Below, piece after piece: positions 1 to 9,872 of a DNA stretch of 64,000 nt. The DNA is from Nitrosopumilus sp. Lineage in GTDB: Archaea; Thermoproteota; Nitrososphaeria; Nitrososphaerales; Nitrosopumilaceae. The DNA is taken from NCBI GenBank assembly GCA_965203315.1, contig CBDBCE010000004.1:224001-288000 (forward strand), read 5' to 3'. The notes below the pieces were generated by a model. The model worked only from the letters and a program-made list of their open reading frames with translations, was not told the DNA's origin and searched no databases. The translations under genes and the position numbers were made by a program. Every line of letters begins with the position of its first letter. Within the stretch, counting starts at the first letter, position 1.

Positions 1-905
1 CTGGAGTTCATTCTGGTGATGCAATGATGTGTATTCCACCATGGCGACTTGGCAACAAGATCATCGAGACCATCAACGAGTATACGGAAAAGATTGCGTT
101 GACGTTTAATGTGCGTGGTCCATTTAATCTACAGTTTTTGATACACGATGATCATGTATATGTAATAGAACTGAATATACGTGCATCACGTTCCATGCCT
201 TTTGTATCAAAACTTGTAAAGACAAATCTCATATCATTGGCATCACGAGCGATCTTGAATAAACCCCTTCCAGCGATACCTAAGAATCATTGGCAAAAGA
301 TCAACAACTTTGGAATCAAAGTTCCACAGTTCTCGTTTATGCAACTAGATGGCGCAGATATTGCATTGGGCGTTGAGATGCAGTCTACTGGTGAGGCTGC
401 ATGCTTTGGTACTAGCTTTTATGATGCTCTATCAAAAGGACTGACCTCTGTAGGGTATAATTTGCCAGAGAAGGGTACAGCGCTAGTTACCGTCGGCGGT
501 GCACAGAACAAGGAAAAGCTAGTCGCATCGATCGCCAAGCTTCGAGATTTAGGATTCAAGATCTTGGCGACTGAACACACTGCAGAATTTTTAGAGTCAA
601 AGATAGGTTCAGTAGAGATCGTTCACAAGATATCAGAGCCGGATCGAAAGCCAAACATTGCAGATCTCTTGTACGAGCGCAAGATAGACTTTATCATCAA
701 TATACCAAGCACGTCAACTCTGGAAAAATATGTGGGAATGCTATACGACGAGTATCAGATACGACGCAAGTCTCTGGAGTTGGGTATCCCGGTACTGACT
801 ACACTCGAACTCGCAGACTCTTTTGTAAAGACCCTCGAGTGGCTGAGAAACAACAATACAACAAAAGATGCTATAGAGCCATACGATGATGTTGATCTTA
901 GATGA
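1..905 (+). CDS. carB: Carbamoyl-phosphate synthase large subunit, C-terminal part (5' end outside window)
   Basis: GVHSGDA in frame upstream of the ORF, IELNIRASRSMPFVSK ATP-grasp motif, GVEMQSTGE, C-terminal MGS domain. Confidence 0.95.
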   Translation, partial: GVHSGDAMMCIPPWRLGNKIIETINEYTEKIALTFNVRGPFNLQFLIHDDHVYVIELNIRASRSMPFVSKLVKTNLISLASRAILNKPLPAIPKNHWQKINNFGIKVPQFSFMQLDGADIALGVEMQSTGEAACFGTSFYDALSKGLTSVGYNLPEKGTALVTVGGAQNKEKLVASIAKLRDLGFKILATEHTAEFLESKIGSVEIVHKISEPDRKPNIADLLYERKIDFIINIPSTSTLEKYVGMLYDEYQIRRKSLELGIPVLTTLELADSFVKTLEWLRNNNTTKDAIEPYDDVDLR

Positions 906-1644
906 CTTTACTAATGACTGCCTCGTCTCCGATTATGATTCCATCTAGTGTCATGATCCTTCCTCTTGACATCTCTGATACTCTGTTTATTATGGGTGAT
1001 ATCGATCGTTTATGATTGGTCTTGTGTGACGCATAAAAGTATCGATTAAACGACGGAACTATTGTGAGTTCTATATGGCCACTCCTGCTTGAGAATATGT
1101 TTGATCTGTTGGTCTGAAATGATACCCATACTCGCTGTCCATTCATTACCGAGTTCTCTTGAAAGAATACTGGATGCAGATGACCCATTACAATCTTGTC
1201 GACATAGCCTAGGCTATCTTGTGGCATTGCATGTCCATGTGTCAATAGTACATTCTCAAGTACCATCCCTGTCGTACTGATCATCGTAACCTCTCTAGGG
1301 ATCAATCTATCTATGCCTGTGTCGTGATTTCCAGGAACTATGACTACATCACACATCTCTGATATTGCAGATAAAAATTTGGGTACCTCTCTCCACTCAA
1401 ACTCTGTGATGTGAGTTACACTCGACTTGATATCTCCTAACAGAACAACCATGTCTGGTCTATGTGCTGATATGATATCGCTCAACTCTGTAATGGTCTC
1501 ATCTGTAGTCGAGTTTACATGGATCTCGTTGGTTGTCATCGTACTCTCAAATCCTATATGTATGTCAGTTACTACTAGACTACGTTGCTCACCCTCTAGT
1601 AGCAGAGCTGGTTTTGATGGAATGATCTTTGCACGTAACATCAA
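898..1644 (-). CDS. Calcineurin-like metallophosphoesterase
   Basis: DIHIG, LLGD, PGNHD, THGH and GHLHP motifs. Confidence 0.9.
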   Translation of the reverse strand: MMLRAKIIPSKPALLLEGEQRSLVVTDIHIGFESTMTTNEIHVNSTTDETITELSDIISAHRPDMVVLLGDIKSSVTHITEFEWREVPKFLSAISEMCDVVIVPGNHDTGIDRLIPREVTMISTTGMVLENVLLTHGHAMPQDSLGYVDKIVMGHLHPVFFQENSVMNGQRVWVSFQTNRSNIFSSRSGHIELTIVPSFNRYFYASHKTNHKRSISPIINRVSEMSRGRIMTLDGIIIGDEAVISKVI

Positions 1645-1675
1645 GATTATAGTATGGTTGTGACATTAAATCCTT

Positions 1676-1978
1676 GTGCGATACGGATCGAGTAGATTGG
1701 ATGATATGCTGATCGAGGGGCGTGTAAAACTACACATATTTGAACCAAGTATGAGAAAGATATGGACGGTTGTAGGTACCAACAGAGAACACTGGGCAGA
1801 TCCTACCATCTCGTACTGTTCATGTAGTGGCTTTTATTTTGCAAAACTTGGTGGAAAGAATCGATGTTATCATTTGGATCTGATACAGTTGGCAGAACGT
1901 CATGACCATGTTGATACAATACATTTTGCAGATGAAGAGTTTGTAAATTTTGTATCCGCAATGATTCATGACATGTAA
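1676..1978 (+). CDS. SWIM zinc-finger protein
   Basis: CSC-x(n)-CYH SWIM pattern. Confidence 0.75.
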   Translation: MRYGSSRLDDMLIEGRVKLHIFEPSMRKIWTVVGTNREHWADPTISYCSCSGFYFAKLGGKNRCYHLDLIQLAERHDHVDTIHFADEEFVNFVSAMIHDM

Positions 1979-1985
1979 TTCTAGT

Positions 1986-2100
1986 GGATCTCTTCTGTTT
2001 ACGTGAGATACGGTTACAGAAAAAGCACGACAAGACTCTACAAGTGAAAATTATGGAAAACGCCTTACGAAAAACCATCTCATGTAAATCCAAGAGATCA
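1986..2100. mobile_element. MITE-A copy (about 115 bp); a further partial right end at about 2203-2229
   Basis: Terminal inverted repeats GGATCTCTTCTGTTTACGTGAGAT / ATCTCATGTAAATCCAAGAGATCA; body shared with many copies in the window. Confidence 0.85.
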
Positions 2101-2356
2101 CTATTATCGTCTTTTAGAGACATGCATAGTCGATCATAGTTGACCATTTCATAAACAGAACAATCAGATTAATGACTTCATAATCGACTTGACCTGATGA
2201 AATATCATCCCATGTAAATCAGAGATCACTCACATGGACAAATATAGCACCTTTTAAGTAAACTTTGTAATTACATATCATGCCATATGAAGAAGTATAC
2301 ATTCAGAGGTTACGTGAAGACGATCCCGAAGAGTATGACCAACTCTTATCTGAGAG

Positions 2357-2674
2357 CTAGTCATTACGTCTGCCAGGACCTACCACGTCCTCTGGTTTGA
2401 TTCGATTATCCCAATCTCCTCTGGCACCTTTTACTAGTGATATCACTCCTGCGCCTATGAGACCAATCACCAGTGCAAAGAAGACAGTCTGATCTAAAAC
2501 TTTGTATGAACATTCGATCTCAAGTGGAGGGCTAGTATCTGAATATTCAAAACATGTTCCAAACTCATCTGCCTCTAGAGTTGCTGCTTGATACTGACCA
2601 CCAAAGACTCCCAGTACACCAAACCCTGCAAAGATCATACCAACACCAATCAATACAAATCGCATATCACTCAT
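2357..2674 (-). CDS. Small membrane protein with two hydrophobic segments
   Basis: Two TM-like stretches; 105-aa ORF with host-like codon style. Confidence 0.7.
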   Translation of the reverse strand: MSDMRFVLIGVGMIFAGFGVLGVFGGQYQAATLEADEFGTCFEYSDTSPPLEIECSYKVLDQTVFFALVIGLIGAGVISLVKGARGDWDNRIKPEDVVGPGRRND

Positions 2675-2841
2675 GTTGAGTATTGTGTTGATATTCTATT
2701 TACGTTTTAGTCGCACAGCATTGTATTGGCACTATTGTCCATAAAGCATCTTTATCTCAATCTAGTATGTGAAATAGAATTACTGTACTCATACCAACTT
2801 GCACATGTAAATATACATGTAACTAGAGTTGTTGATCTGTC

Positions 2842-4149
2842 ATGGATGCGCGATTCTATCCGTCTAAATTATGTGGTAGTGTACATGTGCCAGGTTCCAA
2901 GTCATATACACATAGAGTTGTGATGGCTGCATCTCTATATGGTGGCAATATCAAGATCAAGAATCCATCCAACTCTGATGCAAACAAGGCAATGATAAAA
3001 CTCTGTCAACAGTTTGGCGCCAAGATAAGATGGGACAACTCTGATCTCTACGTAGATGGAGTTGCAGGGCGACCTACCGGTGGTGGCACAATAAATGTTG
3101 GCAACTCTGGCACTGCATTTAGAATATCTATCTCTCTAGCTATCCTTGCTGACGCAGACTCTATCATAACAGGTGATCCCTCACTTCAGAGTAGACCTGC
3201 AGGGCCACTCTTGAATGCACTTGTAATGCTGGGCGCAGATATCCGTGGAACAGATCGTAATGGTATCACATGTGCGCCAATCTACATCAAATCCGACGGC
3301 AATCTAGATGGTGGTGAGACACATATCTCTTGTGCCGAGAGCTCACAGTATCTGACATCGTTACTACTTGTCGCAAACTTTGCAAACAGAGATGTCACAA
3401 TTCATGTTACTGATAGACTGGTATCAAAACCATACATTCGTATGACTCTGGAGGTGTTACGTAACTTTGGAATCAAGTTCAATGTACTAGATGACATGCT
3501 GTATACAATACCTGCTAGGCAGTCGTATACTTGTCCATCTACATATGTTGTACCTGGCGACTATTCTCAATCTGCATTCTTTTTAGCAGCTGCATGTCTA
3601 GTAGAGTCTGATCTTCGTATCAAAGGACTAGATGCTCAAGATCAACAGGGGGATAAACGTATAGTTGATATCCTAAGAGAGATGGGAGCTGTAATAGATC
3701 AAGACGGTTCTGATCTGGTGATACGAGGTCCATTTGATCTAGATGGAGTACAAATAGACCTGGTGGACACACCAGATCTCTTTCCCGTATTGGCGGTTCT
3801 TGGTGTATATGCTCGTGGTACCACTAGGCTATACAACATGCCACAGATCCGTAGCAAAGAGACTGATCGAATCTCGGTAATGATGCGTGAGTTGAGCAAC
3901 TGTGGTGTAATAGTAGAATCTAAATCTGACGAGATGACCATTCACCATACTGACATGAATGTGAGAGATCACGTGTTTGATGCCAAGGGCGCAAAGGGCG
4001 TAACTGATCACCGAATAGCAATGGCACTATCTCTGATAGGTATACGAGATGGTCCAGTTCTAATATCTGATGCAGACAAGATTGCGATATCATACCCTGA
4101 CTATATTCGTGATATGCGACAGATTGGTGCTCGCATAGATACTATTTGA
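2842..4149 (+). CDS. aroA: 3-phosphoshikimate 1-carboxyvinyltransferase (EPSP synthase)
   Basis: PGSKSYTHR, GNSGTAFR, SSQYLTSLL, KETDRI and DHRIAMA motifs. Confidence 0.95.
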   Translation: MDARFYPSKLCGSVHVPGSKSYTHRVVMAASLYGGNIKIKNPSNSDANKAMIKLCQQFGAKIRWDNSDLYVDGVAGRPTGGGTINVGNSGTAFRISISLAILADADSIITGDPSLQSRPAGPLLNALVMLGADIRGTDRNGITCAPIYIKSDGNLDGGETHISCAESSQYLTSLLLVANFANRDVTIHVTDRLVSKPYIRMTLEVLRNFGIKFNVLDDMLYTIPARQSYTCPSTYVVPGDYSQSAFFLAAACLVESDLRIKGLDAQDQQGDKRIVDILREMGAVIDQDGSDLVIRGPFDLDGVQIDLVDTPDLFPVLAVLGVYARGTTRLYNMPQIRSKETDRISVMMRELSNCGVIVESKSDEMTIHHTDMNVRDHVFDAKGAKGVTDHRIAMALSLIGIRDGPVLISDADKIAISYPDYIRDMRQIGARIDTI

Positions 4150-4591
4150 TGTATCTCTCCAACTCGGACTTTAATTTAGCAAGCGAGTCTTGATAAAACA
4201 TCTTCATGTCTTTTACCGTCTTGTCAAACTTTGATCTAGTCGTGTCTTCACTCTTTAGGAATGATTGCCAATTGACTCTCGTGTGATCTGATTCGTCTAT
4301 AACGTTGATGCTAGCCATATATGCGCAGAGCGGTAATCCTCTAGTTGCAATATAGGTAAAACTGAACCTAGACCACTGTATCATGTATTCTTCGACATCG
4401 TCAGCATTCTCAAATACTATTACTCTACCTGCTCCTACACCAAATCTCTTTGTTGTTGTATATTTGACGTCTGTCACACCTACTGCCCAATCCTTCATCG
4501 ATCTGATATCTCTCAGTCTCTGCCAGACTATGTTTGACTCTGCATTGATAGTTATATCATGTGATATTCTATCTGTATGTGATCCCATCAT
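4142..4591 (-). CDS. SRPBCC (polyketide cyclase/dehydrase-like) family protein
   Basis: ITINA..IVW..L.D...W..GV, GVGAGR, C-terminal LAKLKSELE helix. Confidence 0.8.
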   Translation of the reverse strand: MMGSHTDRISHDITINAESNIVWQRLRDIRSMKDWAVGVTDVKYTTTKRFGVGAGRVIVFENADDVEEYMIQWSRFSFTYIATRGLPLCAYMASINVIDESDHTRVNWQSFLKSEDTTRSKFDKTVKDMKMFYQDSLAKLKSELERYIK

Positions 4592-4759
4592 TTATCGTAT
4601 ATCTGATCTACAATATGATTCTAAGTTGATTGATGCACTCTGATTGCATGTTTGACACATGATCTAAATCTACACATTGTACGACACGTTGTGCAATACA
4701 TTGTACAGCAAGATTGTTTAAACGGATCTTTTCGGTTTGTGTGGAATAGAACGGGTACA

Positions 4760-4900
4760 AGACTGTATGCGTATTTCTTACACCATACGCACATTTTAAG
4801 GTACAATAAAACACAGGTGTAATTTCCAGAGGCAAATTGATTTATTGCTGTCATGTTTGATGATTGAACGTGGGCACTCTTAATAATACACATACAGTCT
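4760..4900. mobile_element. MITE-B copy (141 bp)
   Basis: TIR AGACTGTATGCGTATT / AATACACATACAGTCT; flanks aca (left) and ttt (right). Confidence 0.9.
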
Positions 4901-5059
4901 TTTGTTTCAGATCTACAAAATGCTTTCAGGTCAGCACTGGTACCATGACTACGATTTCAGAATGTTTTTATGTCGTTATACAGATGAAATAACACGGCAA
5001 TAGATACTGCAACTCTAGAGATCAGTGAACTCGAAAAGTACATACTTTTACTCGTATAT

Positions 5060-5608
5060 GTGGATAACGAGCCCATATACGGTAGGCAAAAGCTCCAAGT
5101 CTTGATGTACATGCTAGGTGCTCCATATCCAGAGATCAGAGAGTGGTGTGATTTTACAATAAAGGATGATGGTCCATACAGTGCAGTTTTAGACGATACT
5201 TTGGAGCGTCTTGTAGACATGGATATACTAGTCGAAAAAAACAACACTATTCAATTAACCAAGCATAGCATAGAGTATGCCAGAATGATTGGAGAAGAGA
5301 AGGGCGGTTTCCCAGAAATTCCAGACCTACTTGACCGAAAGATGTCATGGGTATTTCACAACTATAAAGATATTCTAAATGACGTAACTATTCCAGAGAT
5401 GTTATCCTTCATGTATTGTGAGTATCCAGATATGACCAAAAACTCTACAACATACGAGAAACTCAAGCCAGATATTGAAGAACATATATTTTCAATCATT
5501 GCAAAAGAAAAGATTAGTGGTGGACGAGGAGGAGAGTTGTTGGGCGAAACTGCATACGATATGCAACATAAGTTGCTTGACAGAGGATTGCTGAAACTAG
5601 AGTTATGA
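5060..5608 (+). CDS. Putative antitoxin (N-terminal wHTH-like region, C-terminal UPF0175-like segment); frame is open from about 4994, where ACG may be a mutated ATG
   Basis: GRQKLQVLMYML..GPYS N-terminal motif; KISGGRGGELLG resembles UPF0175 KISLGKAAELLG; stop overlaps the start of a PIN gene. Confidence 0.6.
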   Translation: MDNEPIYGRQKLQVLMYMLGAPYPEIREWCDFTIKDDGPYSAVLDDTLERLVDMDILVEKNNTIQLTKHSIEYARMIGEEKGGFPEIPDLLDRKMSWVFHNYKDILNDVTIPEMLSFMYCEYPDMTKNSTTYEKLKPDIEEHIFSIIAKEKISGGRGGELLGETAYDMQHKLLDRGLLKLEL

Positions 5609-6402
5609 AGATATTAGACGCGTCTGTGTTGATTGGAATATTTGATCTTATCCATAGACCGGATGTCTTTGATGATATTTTAAAGTTGGGACATGAACTA
5701 GTAGACCCTATTCATAATTCGGTTCTTTCTTGACACTTAGCACGATCATCCCAAGCATAAACCAAAACACACCCTCATCATTATGCATATCTCTTGTTTA
5801 GTTGAATATTGATTAAAGTTATCGACGAAATGTTTGATATCCTAGAGGTAAATTTACAATATGTTGTGAATTTATAGATCTGCATACATATTAAAACTTG
5901 ACATAAATGGAATAGTCCAAATCACACACGTGGCACAAAAATATTCAAACTCCAATATTGGCCAAAATTGAATTATGAATACGGTCTAGTGGTACCAAAA
6001 TATGTTCAAAAAGAGTTAGAGGCTAAGCCATCAAATATAGATGTACAAGAATTAATCAAACAAGGCAAACTCACCAGTTCAGAAAAAAATTCATTGGTAG
6101 AGATTAATGTATTTAACCAAGATGCACAAAATTTAAAATTTGGTGAGATAGATGTAATCTTGACCTATCTGAAACTGGGCGGATACAAAAATAACGTCTA
6201 TTGTGTATTGGATGATGGTAATGCACGAAAAGTAGCCTCAAGATCAAAAATAAAACATAGAGGATTAATTGGATTGATCATAATGTTGGAAGATAAAGGA
6301 ATTAAAAGCTTTGACGAGGCTGATGAGATTCTAACCCTACTGTATAATTCAAAATTCCACATGCCTAAAGATTTTAAACATGTTCGCAGATATCCCAGAT
6401 AG
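5605..6402 (+). pseudogene. PIN-domain (DUF3368-like) toxin interrupted by MITE-E
   Basis: MKILDASVLIG..GHEL|VVPKYVQKEL..GEIDVI..LDDGNARKVA..GLIGLII; the halves rejoin in frame when 5703-5987 and one agt are removed. Confidence 0.85.
5703..5987. mobile_element. MITE-E (285 bp)
   Basis: TIR AGACCCTATTCATAATTC / GAATTATGAATACGGTCT; 3-bp TSD agt. Confidence 0.9.
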
Positions 6403-6634
6403 CACTTTTTGAACAAAACACTATTCTCTTGACTAGTTATTCTTAATATAAACAACTAGCTATACATGAACCAAATAACTTGTAGCAGTTACGACAGATG
6501 CCATGAACGAATGTCATTAATGTTCCACTCAATGCCTCGATTGCAGCTGACGATAACACAAGCACTCTAAATAATACGTCACAAGGATCAGAACCAGACA
6601 AAGCAGAACCCTAGTTGGATTAATTCAAGACTTT

Positions 6635-6775
6635 AGACTGTATGCGTATTTCTTACACCATACACACATTTTAAGGTACAATAAAACGTAGGTGTAATTT
6701 CCGGAGGCAAATTGATTCATTGCTGTCATGTTTGATGATTGAACGTGGACACTCTTAATAATACGCATACCGTCT
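6635..6775. mobile_element. MITE-B copy (141 bp), direct repeat of 4760-4900
   Basis: Near-identical to 4760-4900; flanks ttt (left) and aca (right). Confidence 0.9.
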
Positions 6776-7012
6776 ACAGAAAAAGCACTACAAGATTCTA
6801 CAAGGAAAATTGTGGAAAAAGCCTTAAGAAATTCCATCCCACGTAAATCGAAAAGATCCGTTTAAACAATACAAAAGATATCCAATCATGTTTGTATCTT
6901 GGATGTATAGCATATGCTGCATCGAGATTACCGATCTGTAGAGTTCGTATCTGTGTCGTTTTATCTCTATTTGAGGTATCATTTTTAATCCCCTTTATGA
7001 TCATTTATCGCA

Positions 7013-8275
7013 ATGGTATTTGGTTGGGGTAAGAAACATCAAGCTGAAGCTCCGACACAGAAAGAGATCTCTATACATGATATCAGAGATATGGTATCTG
7101 ATCTCAAGTCTCGCCGTGCCTCACAGACTATTGCCGATGCGCAACGTATTGGAGATATGACGAGACCGCTGCTTAAACAACTGATCGATATAGCTGCACA
7201 TCTAGATCGAGATAGTCTCAACGTAGACGACGTCGACAAGAATGTGGGAGTTCTTATCAAACGTGGTAAAAAGCAAGTCATCTATGTAATACGTAAAGAG
7301 GTGTCGGTTATGGATGATATCATCACCATTGATGACGCATTTGATGTAGCTCGAACTCTGGGATCAATTCTCAAAAAGTTGGGTGATGTCCTAGGTAGGC
7401 AGACTCGTGTAATTCATCTCTTTGCTAAAAAGTATGCAAATCAACTAAAACACAATCTCGAAGATCTCAAATTACATCATGCAGAACTAGAAAGTATCTT
7501 GAACAATTATACCGCGACTAGAGATGGCGCAGAACGTATCTTTGATCTACTCGACAAGATCAAGGATAAAGAGACTCTTATCACAAAGACTAGTGATAGA
7601 ATATCTGCGATTCATTTAGAGATAAAACAACTTGTTGCTAAAATTAATGATCTAGAGGCAGATATTCAAAGAGAGAGAGAGTCTGTCAAGTATGCTGAAT
7701 ATCTATCTCTATCTAAATCCCGTGACTCGCTTGACTCTCAAAAGTCAGATCTTCGCAATACGATAAACTCACAATTTACAAAAATATCCCGTCCTCTTGG
7801 AAGATATGAGTATGGCTCATCACTAGAAAAGTCGCAGCGTCCAATACTAGAACAATTAATTCATGATCCGTTTGTTGTTATGACACAAAATAATAGAAGC
7901 GATATCACTACAATTTTAGAGAATGTTAAAAAGGGGATCGAGTCTGGTTCTATATCTGTCAAAGATATCACAAAGTCTCTGTCGCATATGGGCGAGACTT
8001 TTTCACTACTCGATGAATTCATCTCACAAGTTGATGAACTTGAAAATAGATACGATAAAGTAGATCAAAGCATAAGATCATGTAATCTTGATACACTACG
8101 CAGACTAGAGTCTGATCTAGCACAGTCCAAGTCATCTATAACTTCTCTAAACCATACATTGACATCATATAATGAAGAGTTGGAGATCAATCGCCCTCTA
8201 CGTAAGGATCTCATATCTGATCTAGAATCTTCTCTTCGACATTTTTCAAATACACAGTATGTAGTGGAGACATGA
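7013..8275 (+). CDS. Coiled-coil hypothetical protein
   Basis: 420-aa ORF rich in heptad helices; no catalytic motif seen. Confidence 0.7.
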   Translation: MVFGWGKKHQAEAPTQKEISIHDIRDMVSDLKSRRASQTIADAQRIGDMTRPLLKQLIDIAAHLDRDSLNVDDVDKNVGVLIKRGKKQVIYVIRKEVSVMDDIITIDDAFDVARTLGSILKKLGDVLGRQTRVIHLFAKKYANQLKHNLEDLKLHHAELESILNNYTATRDGAERIFDLLDKIKDKETLITKTSDRISAIHLEIKQLVAKINDLEADIQRERESVKYAEYLSLSKSRDSLDSQKSDLRNTINSQFTKISRPLGRYEYGSSLEKSQRPILEQLIHDPFVVMTQNNRSDITTILENVKKGIESGSISVKDITKSLSHMGETFSLLDEFISQVDELENRYDKVDQSIRSCNLDTLRRLESDLAQSKSSITSLNHTLTSYNEELEINRPLRKDLISDLESSLRHFSNTQYVVET

Positions 8276-8276
8276 C

Positions 8277-8678
8277 GTGATATTCAAGGTTAAAAAGTTA
8301 GAGCGTAGGGTCTTTTTAAAACGCGACGTACTAGACAGTATACTCTCTTTCTGTCAGATGAAGCATCCCAATGAAGGAATACTGATCCTAAAGGGTAAAT
8401 CTAAACAAGGACAGATCCATGTAGATGGATTGGTCATTCCACCGTTCAGTTATACCGGTCCCACGTTTGCTGGATTTCCGCACTCTTTTCTTCCGTTTGA
8501 TCTAAGCTATGTTGGTCTAGTTCACTCTCATCCTAGTGGTTCAGCTAGACCATCTGTTACTGATCTTCACAACTTTTTTGGTCTAGTGTCTATCATAGTG
8601 CAGGCACCATACAAGAACGACTGTATATTTGCATGGGATAGTAGTGGCAATACCGTTCCACTAGATATCGTAGACTAG
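8277..8678 (+). CDS. JAMM/MPN+ (Mov34) metalloprotease
   Basis: PNE..L and HSHPSG..PSVTD JAMM motif. Confidence 0.9.
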   Translation: MIFKVKKLERRVFLKRDVLDSILSFCQMKHPNEGILILKGKSKQGQIHVDGLVIPPFSYTGPTFAGFPHSFLPFDLSYVGLVHSHPSGSARPSVTDLHNFFGLVSIIVQAPYKNDCIFAWDSSGNTVPLDIVD

Positions 8679-8759
8679 ATACAATTCCACCGTTGATGAG
8701 TGATATCCGTATTGGGTGGACGTTGATAAGTTCCACTAGATATCGTAGACTGGATACAA
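8655..8759 (+). repeat. 30-bp direct repeat duplicating the 3' end of the JAMM gene
   Basis: GTTCCACTAGATATCGTAGACTRGATACAA at 8655-8684 and 8730-8759. Confidence 0.85.
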
Positions 8760-8865
8760 ACCCATCTCTTATTATATACAAATCTTGATTCTCTTAATTT
8801 GACTAGAGTTGTTCATGTATATCTTTGAACGTAACCGGTTACACAGAACTCAATACAAAGATTAT

Positions 8866-9117
8866 ATGATACAAAAACCAACAAATGGTATGAAAACGCT
8901 TCGTGTAATCATGTACAAGACTCCTGAGGGATATGTTGCCCAATGTCCAAACAATCGTGGAATTATTGTAGGTGGCGAAACCAAGGCAGAGGTCAAATCT
9001 GAATTAAAACAGTTTATCCATGGCTATGCACAAGCATTCCCAGACGAAAAACATAAATTTTTTAAAAATGACAAGATGGTGAAGTTGAGTTTTGAAGATA
9101 AACTGGCACCACTTTAA
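8866..9117 (+). CDS. HicB-family antitoxin
   Basis: EGYVAQCP..RGIIVGGETKAEVKSEL HicB pattern. Confidence 0.8.
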   Translation: MIQKPTNGMKTLRVIMYKTPEGYVAQCPNNRGIIVGGETKAEVKSELKQFIHGYAQAFPDEKHKFFKNDKMVKLSFEDKLAPL

Positions 9118-9319
9118 ACAAGTACTCTTAACTCTTGGGTATGTCGAACGTCCAGATGGTTTGCCTGGCATAATATATTTTGAACATTTGACAATGGGTA
9201 GGATCGGAATTCAAAAAAGGAACTCATACCAACCGTTTCAAATACAAAGATATCTTTACGCAATGAGACTACCAGAGGCGTTTTTTGAACCAATCTACAA
9301 GAAATGCACAGATCATTGA
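9092..9319 (+). CDS. Putative HicA-like toxin (divergent)
   Basis: 75 aa, overlaps hicB; KINW..FKQVLLTLGYVER..G...F layout; the canonical GSH His is not evident. Confidence 0.5.
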   Translation: MKINWHHFKQVLLTLGYVERPDGLPGIIYFEHLTMGRIGIQKRNSYQPFQIQRYLYAMRLPEAFFEPIYKKCTDH

Positions 9320-9354
9320 TTGTCAGTTAACGCAAATATGTCTCCTTTCCTAGT

Positions 9355-9378
9355 GGATCTCTTCGGTTACATGGGATC
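9355..9378. mobile_element. MITE-A solo end
   Basis: GGATCTCTTCGGTTACATGGGATC matches the MITE-A TIR. Confidence 0.6.
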
Positions 9379-9540
9379 GAATGGTTACCTTTGAACTCTT
9401 CAAGATGCCAAGATTCCTTTATGCTGGTGGCTCTATCATTTGATTCCGAAATGTACATTCTATGGACTCGTCAACCCGAGAATCCACCCCTTGTTATCCC
9501 ACAACATGACGTTAAACAACAAAACTTTATAATATAATTT

Positions 9541-9870
9541 GTGCTACGATTATTGTTGTTTACCAAGTCTTACATGATAATTCTATTTGCAACTCTGGCA
9601 ATCAGTCTTGCTATTCAAATGATCTTGCCCTTTCCATACGGTTTGATCATCGCAATATCGCTCTTTGTCCTGTTTCCACTATTCTTGAGACGCCGTTACA
9701 TGAGTAGGATGAGAAGCGGATATGGTGGTAGTGATTCTGGTGGGTTCTTTGGGATGGGAAACCCTAGCGGTTCACGTAGCGTACGATATGTCTGCCTTGT
9801 ATGTAACAACAAGCACAAGGGTGGAACATGTCCACGTTGTGGCTCCAAGATGCAAAGAGCTGACTTTTAG
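9541..9870 (+). CDS. Membrane protein with C-terminal zinc ribbon
   Basis: Two TM helices, Gly-rich linker, CLVC..CPRC. Confidence 0.75.
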   Translation: MLRLLLFTKSYMIILFATLAISLAIQMILPFPYGLIIAISLFVLFPLFLRRRYMSRMRSGYGGSDSGGFFGMGNPSGSRSVRYVCLVCNNKHKGGTCPRCGSKMQRADF

Positions 9871-9872
9871 AC

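Larger units (their letters stand above)
4724..6859. mobile_element. MITE-A split by a 2-kb MITE-B-bounded insert
   Basis: Left part 4724-4759, right part 6776-6859; 8-bp TSD GTTTAAAC at 4716-4723 and 6860-6867. Confidence 0.9.

Noticed and set aside
4608-4893. ORFs 4608-4835, 4621-4893, 6625-6837, 1803-2147, 23919-24110 and 39877-40059
   Set aside because: They are read largely through MITE-A or MITE-B sequence; shared peptides reflect the repeats.
8655-8759. Mini-CRISPR (30-bp repeats, 45-bp spacer, starts GTTCC)
   Set aside because: Only two units, the first is coding sequence of the JAMM gene, there is no GAAA(C/G) end and no cas gene in the window.
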